A stretch of DNA of 32,000 bases from contig NZ_CP013213.1 of the NCBI RefSeq assembly GCF_001545095.1, positions 1,560,001-1,592,000 on the forward strand, read 5' to 3'. The first letter of the stretch is position 1; each line of letters opens with the position of its first letter. This stretch comes from Erysipelothrix larvae. Its GTDB lineage: Bacteria > Bacillota_I > Bacilli_A > Erysipelotrichales > Erysipelotrichaceae. Below the pieces are notes generated by a model, which ran no database searches, had not been told where the DNA came from, and saw only the letters and a list, made by a program, of their open reading frames with translations. This document shows positions 16,251-24,043 of the stretch, piece after piece. The translations under genes and the position numbers were made by a program.

Positions 16251-17171
16251 TTAATCTGCTGGTGGTGTTGGTAATTCATACCATCTAACAACTGGAGTAT
16301 ATCCGCCAGGAATTGAATTTCCATCAGCGTCAACAACACCAGAGTCACCTGCCCAAATACCAAAGAAGGTACCTACTAGACCGATTACGATAAGTAGTGC
16401 AATACACTTAGTTGGTGTCCAGTTATGTTTCTTAACAAGGAAATAAATCATCATCGTTAAGATTAATGGAATCAATTTAGGAATGACACCATCCAATACT
16501 TCTTGAATGATGATATATTCTCCACCACCTAAATCAACCGCAATTCGTAAGGTTGTACCACCGTAGTTTGATACAAGTGCACCTACGATGAATACCCCAA
16601 GAATACTTGCTGCACGCGTGAATTCTTTTGCATTCTTTGTGAAGACATCAATTGCTTGTGTTCCTAACTCATAGGATTTATGCATGAGTACATAACGCAC
16701 TACGAATTGGACAACATTAAAGATGATTAAGAATAAGAACGGTGCAAACCAATTACCACTAATCGCCATATTTGCAGTAAATCCTGCTGCGATTGGTACT
16801 AATGTTAACCAGAACAATGCATCCCCAATACCACCAAGTGGTCCCATTGCGGCAACACGTACCGCACGGATTGTTGGGATATCAGCTTTTTGTTGTTCAA
16901 GTGATAATACGATCCCCATAATAAAAGTTACTAAGAATGGGTGTGTGTTAAAGAATTCAAGGTTGTGTCCCATTGACGCAGCCAAGTCATCTTTGTCTGT
17001 ATGAATTTTTTCAAGCCCTGGCAAGATGCTGTATAACCATCCAGCTGCTTGCATACGTTCATAGTTAAATGAAGCTTGCAAGAAGCATGAACGCCACACC
17101 ATCTTATTGAGTGTTCGTTTATCCAGCTGTTGTGCAGGCGTTAGATTTTTATATAGATTAGATTCCATCAT
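16251..17171 (-). CDS. PTS mannose/fructose/sorbose-family transporter subunit IID (AgaD-like)
   Basis: Signature 'LEFFNTHPF' and the IID membrane topology. The start is either of the tandem ATGs at 17171/17168, downstream of GGAGGTG; the track start at 17183 is a GTG. Overlaps the end of IIC. Confidence 0.9.
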   Translation of the reverse strand: MMESNLYKNLTPAQQLDKRTLNKMVWRSCFLQASFNYERMQAAGWLYSILPGLEKIHTDKDDLAASMGHNLEFFNTHPFLVTFIMGIVLSLEQQKADIPTIRAVRVAAMGPLGGIGDALFWLTLVPIAAGFTANMAISGNWFAPFLFLIIFNVVQFVVRYVLMHKSYELGTQAIDVFTKNAKEFTRAASILGVFIVGALVSNYGGTTLRIAVDLGGGEYIIIQEVLDGVIPKLIPLILTMMIYFLVKKHNWTPTKCIALLIVIGLVGTFFGIWAGDSGVVDADGNSIPGGYTPVVRWYELPTPPAD

Positions 17172-17958
17172 CGTCACCTCCACCTGATGTTAGATCACGC
17201 ATACGTGTATTGGTTTGGAAATCGTAAATAGCGATTGCTAAACCGATCATTGCAAGAATAAGTAATGCTGGTCCTTGAAGGCTTTTGACTGCTCCAAGAA
17301 TTGTAGCAAATGCAAATCCCATGAAGTAAAATCCCCAGAGTTCTCCAGAAAGCATAATCTTCATTAAAATTGCAAACCCTACATAACGCATCATAACACC
17401 GGCTACTGCAAGTCCTGCCATTACCCAGCTATTATTTGCGGCAAAGTTAATAATTGCATCACTCGATGCAACACCTGCTGCCATCGCTACCATAACAACA
17501 ACACCAAAGAGTGTTCCTAAGATTCCCATACTAATGTAGTTAATCTTAGTAATTCCTTTAACATCAGCTTTTGCAGCATATTGATCTGCTTTAGACATTA
17601 ATGGTGACATAATTGTAAAGGTTGTTGTTACAGCGTATTGTCCTAATAACGCAAATGGAACAGCCATCCCCACAGCTGCAGCAGGTACAGTATTTTGTGC
17701 AATCGCAAAGACGGTTGCCATAATACCACCGATAACAGCATTTGGTGGTTGTGCTCCACCGATTGGCATACTACCAATTGTAATCAATTGATACGTACCA
17801 CCTACGATAAGTCCTGTATTCATATCCCCTAAGATTGCTCCAACAACTGGACCAACTACGATTGGTTGGTAAAGTGATTGGAGAAAGCTGAATTGGTCAA
17901 TCGCAACAATAAATGTAACGATAAACACCAGGATGTATTGCATTACATTAAAACTCAT
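17158..17958 (-). CDS. PTS mannose-family subunit IIC (AgaC-like)
   Basis: 266-aa polytopic protein with Gly/Ala-rich helices typical of EIIC-Man. AAGGAGGA RBS. Confidence 0.9.
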   Translation of the reverse strand: MSFNVMQYILVFIVTFIVAIDQFSFLQSLYQPIVVGPVVGAILGDMNTGLIVGGTYQLITIGSMPIGGAQPPNAVIGGIMATVFAIAQNTVPAAAVGMAVPFALLGQYAVTTTFTIMSPLMSKADQYAAKADVKGITKINYISMGILGTLFGVVVMVAMAAGVASSDAIINFAANNSWVMAGLAVAGVMMRYVGFAILMKIMLSGELWGFYFMGFAFATILGAVKSLQGPALLILAMIGLAIAIYDFQTNTRMRDLTSGGGDDDGI

Positions 17959-17981
17959 GTTTCTTTCCTCCTTATTGCTGA

Positions 17982-18458
17982 TTATTCAAATAATCCGGAT
18001 GTACTTTGTGCTCCTTCAGTTGGAACTTTTCGAATTTCAATCTCAACGCCAAGATCACGTAATTTCTTGAATGCCTCAACATCATTATCATCAACTGCGA
18101 CAACTTGAGATACTTGACGTTTCCCATCTGCCATATGCATGTTTCCAACATTCAATTTCTTGATTGGAACCCCTCCTTCAACAAGTGTCAGTACATCTTG
18201 TGGATTTTCGACAACCAAAAATATTTTTTGCTTGTCGGATGCTTTATGAATCGTATCGATTGTTTTCTGAAGCGACCAATAACGCGTCCCTGCATAACTT
18301 GGTGCGGCCATATCCATAAGTCCTTGGCGCATCGTGTTTGTAGACACCTCATCATTTGCAACTAATATGAGGTTTGCTCCTATTGCAGAACACCATTGCG
18401 TTGCAACTTGTCCATGAATCAATCGGTTATCGATTCGTGTTAAAACTATGTTTGGCAT
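17982..18458 (-). CDS. PTS mannose-family subunit IIB (AgaB-like)
   Basis: 'MPNIVLTRIDNRLIHGQVATQW' contains the phospho-His loop of EIIB-Man. Start set at ATG 18458, preceded by AAAGGAGAG at 6-nt spacing. Confidence 0.9.
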   Translation of the reverse strand: MPNIVLTRIDNRLIHGQVATQWCSAIGANLILVANDEVSTNTMRQGLMDMAAPSYAGTRYWSLQKTIDTIHKASDKQKIFLVVENPQDVLTLVEGGVPIKKLNVGNMHMADGKRQVSQVVAVDDNDVEAFKKLRDLGVEIEIRKVPTEGAQSTSGLFE

Positions 18459-18560
18459 AAACATCTCTCCTTTCACTTAGCCCAATAAGAGAATGAATGC
18501 TCTTACAAATAAATCTTATCAACTATTAGCGCATTTATATTTGCACTTATACACCTTCCG

Positions 18561-18607
18561 TTTGTACTTTTCAGCACAGAGGCATAAACGTTTGTCGAAA
18601 ATAACAA
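18561..18607. promoter_or_regulatory. Two copies of the 'aga box' in the IIB/araC divergent intergenic region: TTTGTACTTTTCAGCACA (18561-18578, inverted orientation) and GTTTGTCGAAAATAACAA (18590-18607)
   Basis: Direct comparison with 14718-14735. Confidence 0.5.
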
Positions 18608-18650
18608 AAACTTTGGCTTTTATGCTAAAATTTGGTTGGAGGTATTCACA

Positions 18651-19841
18651 ATGTACTTAAAAACGACAAGTCCCCAATTCTTGCAATATGGCTTAGTTTC
18701 CGATGCACCATCTGATTTCAGTGTTAAGCGCAACGCCTACGAAGGAAAACAGAGCGATACATTACGGTCAAATTCGCATCCAGTATCATTTCAAGTGATT
18801 GAAGGCATTGCTGTATTAATAATTGAAACACCCGATGCTTCCTTGCATGAATTTGTAATCCATCGAAGGGCAATCCTTGACGCAAACATCCCTTACACAA
18901 TCATCGCACTCACACAAAGTGTGTTGGTTGAAGAGTCGGTTCAAACGGATGCTCCATACCAAGAAATCGTCAAAAAAGCGGGGCGTTTGATTGAACATAA
19001 ACCCATTCAACCCCAATTTTATATTTCCGATATATTTTCATACTATTACAGTGTTAAAGGGCAAAAATATCATTTTGATGGGGAGTCTCATTACTATTGG
19101 GAGATTACCTATGTTGATACAGGAGAGCTCATCATTGAACTTGATGGTATTGAGTACAAACTTAACAACCAAGATCTTATGATTTACCTCCCAGGACAAT
19201 TTCATAAGCAACGCATTGCAGAAAGTAAAACCTGTTCCTATTTCACGATAATGTTTGATATGAATGGCCCGATTGGACTTTTTGATCAGCTTAAAAATCA
19301 AGTCATTCAATGCACTCAGCAGATGTACGCACTCATCAATCAATTCATTCGCCAATCTAATTTACTTGAGACGGATGAATTGCCTTTTACACGCGATTTA
19401 ATGATGTCCTACCTTCAAGAACTAATCATCCTCATGATGCAAAGTAAATCTGATCATGAGTTATTGACCATCACGAATATCAACCCTGCTCAAAATAAAT
19501 TTGAAAATGAAATGGTGGATGAAATCACCAACTACATTCTAAAAGAAATTTACAGTCCTATTACGGTCGAAGATATTTGTGATAATTTTGGAGTCAGCCG
19601 TTCAACCCTTCAATCATTATTTAAAAAACATTTGGGCGTACCACCGAAACAATACATCAATGATATGAAAATGCGAAAAGCACAACAAATCATCCTACAA
19701 GAAAATGTCCCGATTACGGAAGTGTCGTTGCGCCTTGGATTTAGTTCAATCCATTATTTCTCGCGAAAATTTAAAAAAGAATTTGGGTTGTCACCCAGTG
19801 AATTTGCACAATCTGTGTATCAAACAAGTCACGATGCTTAA
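18651..19841 (+). CDS. AraC/XylS-family transcriptional regulator with an N-terminal sensor region that includes a cupin-like module
   Basis: C-terminal double HTH ('ITVEDICDNFGVSRSTLQSLFKKHLGVPPKQYINDMKMRKAQQIL...LGFSSIHYFSRKFKKEFGLSPSEF'). Start at ATG 18651 after GGAGGT; the track start at 18636 is a TTG. Confidence 0.9.
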   Translation: MYLKTTSPQFLQYGLVSDAPSDFSVKRNAYEGKQSDTLRSNSHPVSFQVIEGIAVLIIETPDASLHEFVIHRRAILDANIPYTIIALTQSVLVEESVQTDAPYQEIVKKAGRLIEHKPIQPQFYISDIFSYYYSVKGQKYHFDGESHYYWEITYVDTGELIIELDGIEYKLNNQDLMIYLPGQFHKQRIAESKTCSYFTIMFDMNGPIGLFDQLKNQVIQCTQQMYALINQFIRQSNLLETDELPFTRDLMMSYLQELIILMMQSKSDHELLTITNINPAQNKFENEMVDEITNYILKEIYSPITVEDICDNFGVSRSTLQSLFKKHLGVPPKQYINDMKMRKAQQIILQENVPITEVSLRLGFSSIHYFSRKFKKEFGLSPSEFAQSVYQTSHDA

Positions 19842-19857
19842 TGCGTGACTTGTTTTT
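19824..19857 (+). terminator. Terminator of the AraC-family gene
   Basis: ACAAGTCACG-(10 nt)-CGTGACTTGT followed by TTTT. The 5' arm lies within the last codons. Confidence 0.7.
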
Positions 19858-19867
19858 ATAAAAAAGC

Positions 19868-19883
19868 CAACACGTATGTGTTG
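19868..19883 (-). terminator. Candidate terminator after the yajC-like gene
   Basis: CAACAC-GTAT-GTGTTG, with a U-run on the minus strand (A-run 19861-19865). Confidence 0.45.
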
Positions 19884-19892
19884 ACTCGAGTT

Positions 19893-20180
19893 TTATACAA
19901 TAATATTTGCGATACTGTAAAACGCTACTTCAATTTCAAGATTATTGGCAAGTTTTACTTTCGCAATTGATCCATCTTTATTGGTTCCTTGATAGATGCC
20001 AATTACACCCCCAGCACATAAAATCTTCATGCCTGGTTTCAACTCTTTTTTCAAGGATACTGAACGTTCGTTTGATTTTTTAAGTAAACTTTTGGTTCGA
20101 AACCAATAAAAACATAAAAAGATGATGATAAAAGCGATAACTGTTAAACTTGTATATAGTACGACATGAAAAGGTGTCAT
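19893..20180 (-). CDS. yajC: YajC-like small membrane protein (preprotein translocase subunit YajC family)
   Basis: 95 aa. One N-terminal TM helix, then 'LKPGMKILCAGGVIGIYQG...VKLANNLEIEV', resembling the YajC beta-domain. GGAGGA RBS. Confidence 0.7.
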   Translation of the reverse strand: MTPFHVVLYTSLTVIAFIIIFLCFYWFRTKSLLKKSNERSVSLKKELKPGMKILCAGGVIGIYQGTNKDGSIAKVKLANNLEIEVAFYSIANIIV

Positions 20181-20189
20181 ATGATCCTC

Positions 20190-20627
20190 CTAGATTCCAT
20201 CCTCATCTTCTTCAACATCACGCTTCATGAGGTCTTCTTTATCAAAGCGCGTCACTTGTTGCAACCCTGTTTCAACGAGCTTTTTAGCGAGTTCACCTAC
20301 GTCATCAAACCCACCACGCATCAATGTCCCTTCAAGAAGCATGGCGATGTTTGTTCCAGTAAGAACTTCAACATTCGGCTCATTCATTGCAATCATCACT
20401 GCTTGTTGGAATGGTGTTCCCCCTTTTAAATCCGTGAATACAAGCACCCCTTTGCCTTGATTCACAGTCTTTACTGCCTCAAATAAAGCAGTGTGCAATG
20501 CTTCGTGGCTTGATCCATCCAAGAAATTCACATTCAGATAGTGTTCTTGTTTTCCTGCGATCATTTCTACCGTTGAACTTACACCATCAGCAAATCGATT
20601 ATGTCCTGTTACAATGATTCCAATCAT
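20190..20627 (-). CDS. PTS mannose-family subunit IIA (AgaF-like)
   Basis: 'MIGIIVTGHNRFADG' carries the EIIA-Man phospho-His near residue 9. ATGA overlap with the agaS stop. Confidence 0.9.
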   Translation of the reverse strand: MIGIIVTGHNRFADGVSSTVEMIAGKQEHYLNVNFLDGSSHEALHTALFEAVKTVNQGKGVLVFTDLKGGTPFQQAVMIAMNEPNVEVLTGTNIAMLLEGTLMRGGFDDVGELAKKLVETGLQQVTRFDKEDLMKRDVEEDEDGI

Positions 20628-21802
20628 ACTTTTCCCCTTTCTGTATCAAATGGATACAATGTTACCCCTTGTACAACGCGATTAACCATTCCGGATGGCC
20701 ATGGATTATCCGGTGATTTCCCTAAAGAAACAGAACGGAGTAATCCAATCATTTGCGCAACAATAATGTAGCAAAGACCGATTAAATCTTTAGTAGTGGC
20801 TTCTACATGAATGGCAAAGTATTCATCAACAAGCACTTCAATATCACGGTCTTGTTTACAATCAATCGCAATCAATTGATTGCCATCTCTTTGACTGCTT
20901 ATTTCTTTGATGATATCAATTTGGTATTGACGAGTGTAGGGATCATCCGATAGGTAAATAACTGTTAGTGTCTCTTGATTCAAGATACTTTTTGGCCCAT
21001 GTCTAAATCCAAGTGGTGAATTAAACATCGATACCACTTCCCCTGCGGTGAGTTCTAAAATCTTCAGTGCAGACTCTTGGGCTATTCCATTAAGACTTCC
21101 ATCGCCTAAGTAGACAATTCGCTTGAAATCAAATGTATCGACAACACGTTGTGCAATTGGAAAGAAATCATTCAATATATGATGTGCTGCATCTTGTAAT
21201 GAAGCAATATCAAATTGATTGATAATTCCCTTATCTAAATTAAAACACAAATAAGCGGCTAATAACATATTTGTAAATGAACTTGTCATTGCAAAAGATA
21301 AATCATTAGTTTCATCCGGTAATATGATGGATGCATAGTGTTCCCCTTTACGCAGCGCTAATGCACCGTCTTTGTTACACGTAATAATCAAATGTTTGGT
21401 GTTTTTATTGATTGCATTAGCAACATCAATTGCACCAATTGATTCTGGAGAATTGCCTGAACGTCCAAACGAAACAACTAATGTTGGTTGATTTTCACGG
21501 ATATAGTATTCTGGAGTTGCCACTAAATCAGTAGAGGCTATCGATACAAAATGATCGTTTCCAGCCTTTTGAAATAGTGGTACGAGTGCATTTCCAACAA
21601 ATTCACTGGTCCCAGCACCTGAAAATATAATTTTGTAATGGTCTTGTTTTGTGATTGATTCAATAAACGCTTGAATTTCTTGATATTGATGCTTTATGAT
21701 TCCAACAGTCTTTGCCCATGTTTCTGGCTGTTGTGAAATTTCTTGAGCTGTATTTATGCCCATAACGTGTGTCCAATCGTCTTTTGATTTATTTAGTATC
21801 AT
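20624..21802 (-). CDS. agaS: SIS-domain sugar isomerase/deaminase, AgaS family (galactosamine-6-phosphate deaminase/isomerase)
   Basis: Recalled E. coli AgaS blocks are present: GAGTSEFVG, FGRSGNSPES, FAMTSSFTNM, RIVYLGDGSL, ESALKILELTAG, GFRHGPKS, PYTRQY and NRVVQGV. Start set at ATG 21802 (MILNKSKDDW...) after AGAGGTG. The track ORF has 26 extra N-terminal codons. Confidence 0.9.
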   Translation of the reverse strand: MILNKSKDDWTHVMGINTAQEISQQPETWAKTVGIIKHQYQEIQAFIESITKQDHYKIIFSGAGTSEFVGNALVPLFQKAGNDHFVSIASTDLVATPEYYIRENQPTLVVSFGRSGNSPESIGAIDVANAINKNTKHLIITCNKDGALALRKGEHYASIILPDETNDLSFAMTSSFTNMLLAAYLCFNLDKGIINQFDIASLQDAAHHILNDFFPIAQRVVDTFDFKRIVYLGDGSLNGIAQESALKILELTAGEVVSMFNSPLGFRHGPKSILNQETLTVIYLSDDPYTRQYQIDIIKEISSQRDGNQLIAIDCKQDRDIEVLVDEYFAIHVEATTKDLIGLCYIIVAQMIGLLRSVSLGKSPDNPWPSGMVNRVVQGVTLYPFDTERGKV

Positions 21803-21862
21803 TGTATAAACACCTCTTTCAAGTTTATTATATGAATCTTGTGAGTGTGTACAAGGGTATAA

Positions 21863-21878
21863 CTTAAAAGTATAAACC
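21863..21878. promoter_or_regulatory. Weaker aga-box-like element CTTAAAAGTATAAACC upstream of agaS
   Basis: Shares the AAAAGTA(C/T)AA(A)CC core with 14724-14737. Lies 61-76 nt upstream of the agaS ATG. Confidence 0.3.
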
Positions 21879-21950
21879 ATTCAACGAATATCACAAATTA
21901 ACACCTTATTTTTGTTGTATACTAATAATGACAAATGATGGAGGTGCATC

Positions 21951-22403
21951 ATGCCTAAAGAAACCTTAGAATTCACAGACATCCTCACGAAGCAAACCTA
22001 CCGTATTGAACACCACCAATTGAAACAGTATCAGATGTATCGATCACGGGTAGTGATTGGATTATCGATGATTATTCTTTTCTTTCAATTTAATGTATCA
22101 CTCCCACTATCAATTGGTACCGGTGTGCTGTTTATCGCAATCAGTGAGTTTCGCTATCGCACCCATTTTTTAAAGCAATGTAAAATACTTAAACAGCCAA
22201 CAACAAAAAAAGAAGAAATGGGACAATCATCTCTGATTTTTAATATGATCCTGTATTTAGTTTTAGGATGCGCCTTAATCTTTTATACCCTTTCAACATC
22301 AACAATAAAAAACCCTATAATTCTGTTTGGAATTGCAGGGTGTTCTTTATTCATTAGTATTGTATATGGGATCAAGGTGTTGAGTACATCAAAGCACAAA
22401 TAA
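21951..22403 (+). CDS. Hypothetical membrane protein (about 4 TM helices)
   Basis: Good RBS (GGAGGTG). Hydrophobic segments IGLSMIILFF, GVLFIAISEF, IFNMILYLVLGCALIFY and ILFGIAGCSLFISIVYG. I recognise no family. Confidence 0.6.
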   Translation: MPKETLEFTDILTKQTYRIEHHQLKQYQMYRSRVVIGLSMIILFFQFNVSLPLSIGTGVLFIAISEFRYRTHFLKQCKILKQPTTKKEEMGQSSLIFNMILYLVLGCALIFYTLSTSTIKNPIILFGIAGCSLFISIVYGIKVLSTSKHK

Positions 22404-22423
22404 TATCGAATAACGGATAATTT

Positions 22424-22783
22424 TTATAAGTCATGAATTTTCATGAGGTCTTCATCACTTTTCTTATACTTCTTGTTTCGATAATGAGTATGAAGCAAGT
22501 GATAAAACCAAAACATTGCGAGTGGAATTACTGCACACGACAAAACCGTTACGATTAGTCCGACAAAAACTTCCGAAAGGTTTGGGGGGCTATCTGTTCC
22601 TAAAAATGCAACCATGTTGAGTGAAAAGAAAATGGGGATGATAAACATAAACCCAGGTACGATCATACCATTGTATTTCCCTTCTGTTTTTGCAATAAAA
22701 TATTGCAACACGGCACAAATTAACGTCAAAGGCCACATTACAAGCCAAAATACCAATCCAAATATCCATACATTTTGCATCAT
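22424..22783 (-). CDS. Hypothetical small membrane protein (3-4 TM helices), translationally coupled to the upstream HTH gene
   Basis: The start ATG(s) at 22783/22780 overlap the upstream stop (ATGATG/TGA overlap). GGAG RBS. Strongly hydrophobic, with a basic C-terminal tail. Confidence 0.6.
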   Translation of the reverse strand: MMQNVWIFGLVFWLVMWPLTLICAVLQYFIAKTEGKYNGMIVPGFMFIIPIFFSLNMVAFLGTDSPPNLSEVFVGLIVTVLSCAVIPLAMFWFYHLLHTHYRNKKYKKSDEDLMKIHDL

Positions 22784-23073
22784 TTTTCTCCTTTTATGCC
22801 ACGATAGGCTGTAATTAACTGTTTTGCAGTCTCATAATCAAGCGTGTCTTCAACTGCAAGACGTTTCACAAGTCTAATGTACGCATCTGATTCTTGAGAA
22901 TCGTTAATTTGGATTCTCTCAATGAGACGATCCAATCTTAAGCGTACTGTTGGATAGGTAACATCATAATGCTTTGCGACATCTTTGAGCGATCCGGACG
23001 CCATCAGAAATACTTTAATAAATGCAATGTCTTCAGATTCTAATTCTTGAAGCCATTCAGGGATATAATCCAT
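22780..23073 (-). CDS. Small HTH protein, DUF2089-like C-terminal module (no zinc-ribbon)
   Basis: 'SEDIAFIKVFLMASGSLKDVAKHYDVTYPTVRLRLDRLIERI' matches my memory of the DUF2089 'FIxxFLxxxGNIKEVxKxLGISYPTVRxRLDxLI' pattern. Start chosen at ATG 23073, 8 nt after GAGG. Confidence 0.55.
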   Translation of the reverse strand: MDYIPEWLQELESEDIAFIKVFLMASGSLKDVAKHYDVTYPTVRLRLDRLIERIQINDSQESDAYIRLVKRLAVEDTLDYETAKQLITAYRGIKGEK

Positions 23074-23100
23074 AATCATCACCTCTATTCACATTATATT

Positions 23101-23139
23101 CTTTAACTTTATTAAAGTCAATCTTTAATATTGTTAAAA
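23101..23139. promoter_or_regulatory. Twin 17-bp palindromes CTTTAA-N5-TTAAAG (23101-23117) and CTTTAA-N5-TTAAAA (23123-23139), 22 bp centre to centre
   Basis: Read directly. Located 28-66 nt upstream of the DUF2089-like gene and upstream of the divergent SDR promoter. Confidence 0.45.
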
Positions 23140-23208
23140 TAGACTGGGTATCTTGAATGCTTGCATGTGTGATATAATTGAGATACATTATCAGGGAGGA
23201 ATCAAATC

Positions 23209-23991
23209 ATGACAACGAAGCGACCTTGCGCACTGATTACAGGTGCTACCAGTGGAATTGGCTATGAGCTTGCGAAACAGTGTGCATCAAAACATATTGA
23301 TTGTGTGCTTGTATCGCGTAATATCGATAAAATGAATGAAATCAAAACAGACTTTGAATCAACCTATAATATTACAGTAACACCCTTCCAAATTGACCTG
23401 TCCGATGAAACAGCTCCACAACGTGTTTTTGATTTTACAACATCCCAAGGGTTACACATCGATATTTTAATTAATAATGCAGGATTTGGAGATTTTGGCC
23501 CTTTTGATGCAAGTCGTTTAGAGCGTCAAAATAACATGGTTCGCCTCAACATTCTTGCACTGATGAATTTAACACATTATTATGTGCAACCAATGATCCA
23601 AAAAGGATCGGGAAGGATCTTGAATGTCGCATCAACAGCGGCCTTTCAAGCAGGACCCATCATGTCTGTGTATTATGCGACCAAAGCCTTTGTGTTATCG
23701 TTTAGCGAAAGTTTATCGGTTGAATTGAAACCAAAAGGAATCTTTGTCACTGCCCTGTGTCCTGGCCCAACAAAAACTGGATTTGTGGAAAATGCAAACT
23801 TACAGCGCTCAGGGCTTTTCACCAATCTTAAAAACACCACTGCTGAATTTGTAGCGAAAAAGGGGTATCAATCCATGCTTAAAGGTAAGGTCATTGAGAT
23901 ACCTGGATTAGCAAACAAGACCCTCATTTGTATGTCTAAGTTTGCACCGCGAAAACTTGTAAGAACCGTGATTCTTCACATTCAAAAATAA
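23209..23991 (+). CDS. Short-chain dehydrogenase/reductase (classical SDR)
   Basis: Cofactor motif 'TGATSGIGYELA', 'NNAG', and catalytic S...YxxxK ('ASTAAF...YYATKAF'). GGGAGGA RBS. Extended -10 TGATATAAT at 23170-23178. Confidence 0.9.
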   Translation: MTTKRPCALITGATSGIGYELAKQCASKHIDCVLVSRNIDKMNEIKTDFESTYNITVTPFQIDLSDETAPQRVFDFTTSQGLHIDILINNAGFGDFGPFDASRLERQNNMVRLNILALMNLTHYYVQPMIQKGSGRILNVASTAAFQAGPIMSVYYATKAFVLSFSESLSVELKPKGIFVTALCPGPTKTGFVENANLQRSGLFTNLKNTTAEFVAKKGYQSMLKGKVIEIPGLANKTLICMSKFAPRKLVRTVILHIQK

Positions 23992-24004
23992 CATTTTTAA
24001 AAAA

Positions 24005-24043
24005 GGAATGCTACGACTTCTTAGATCTGAAATCGTAGCATTC
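24005..24043. terminator. Bidirectional terminator between the SDR gene and the antiterminator gene
   Basis: GGAATGCTACGA-(16 nt)-TCGTAGCATTC stem, flanked by an A-run and a T-run. Confidence 0.75.
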
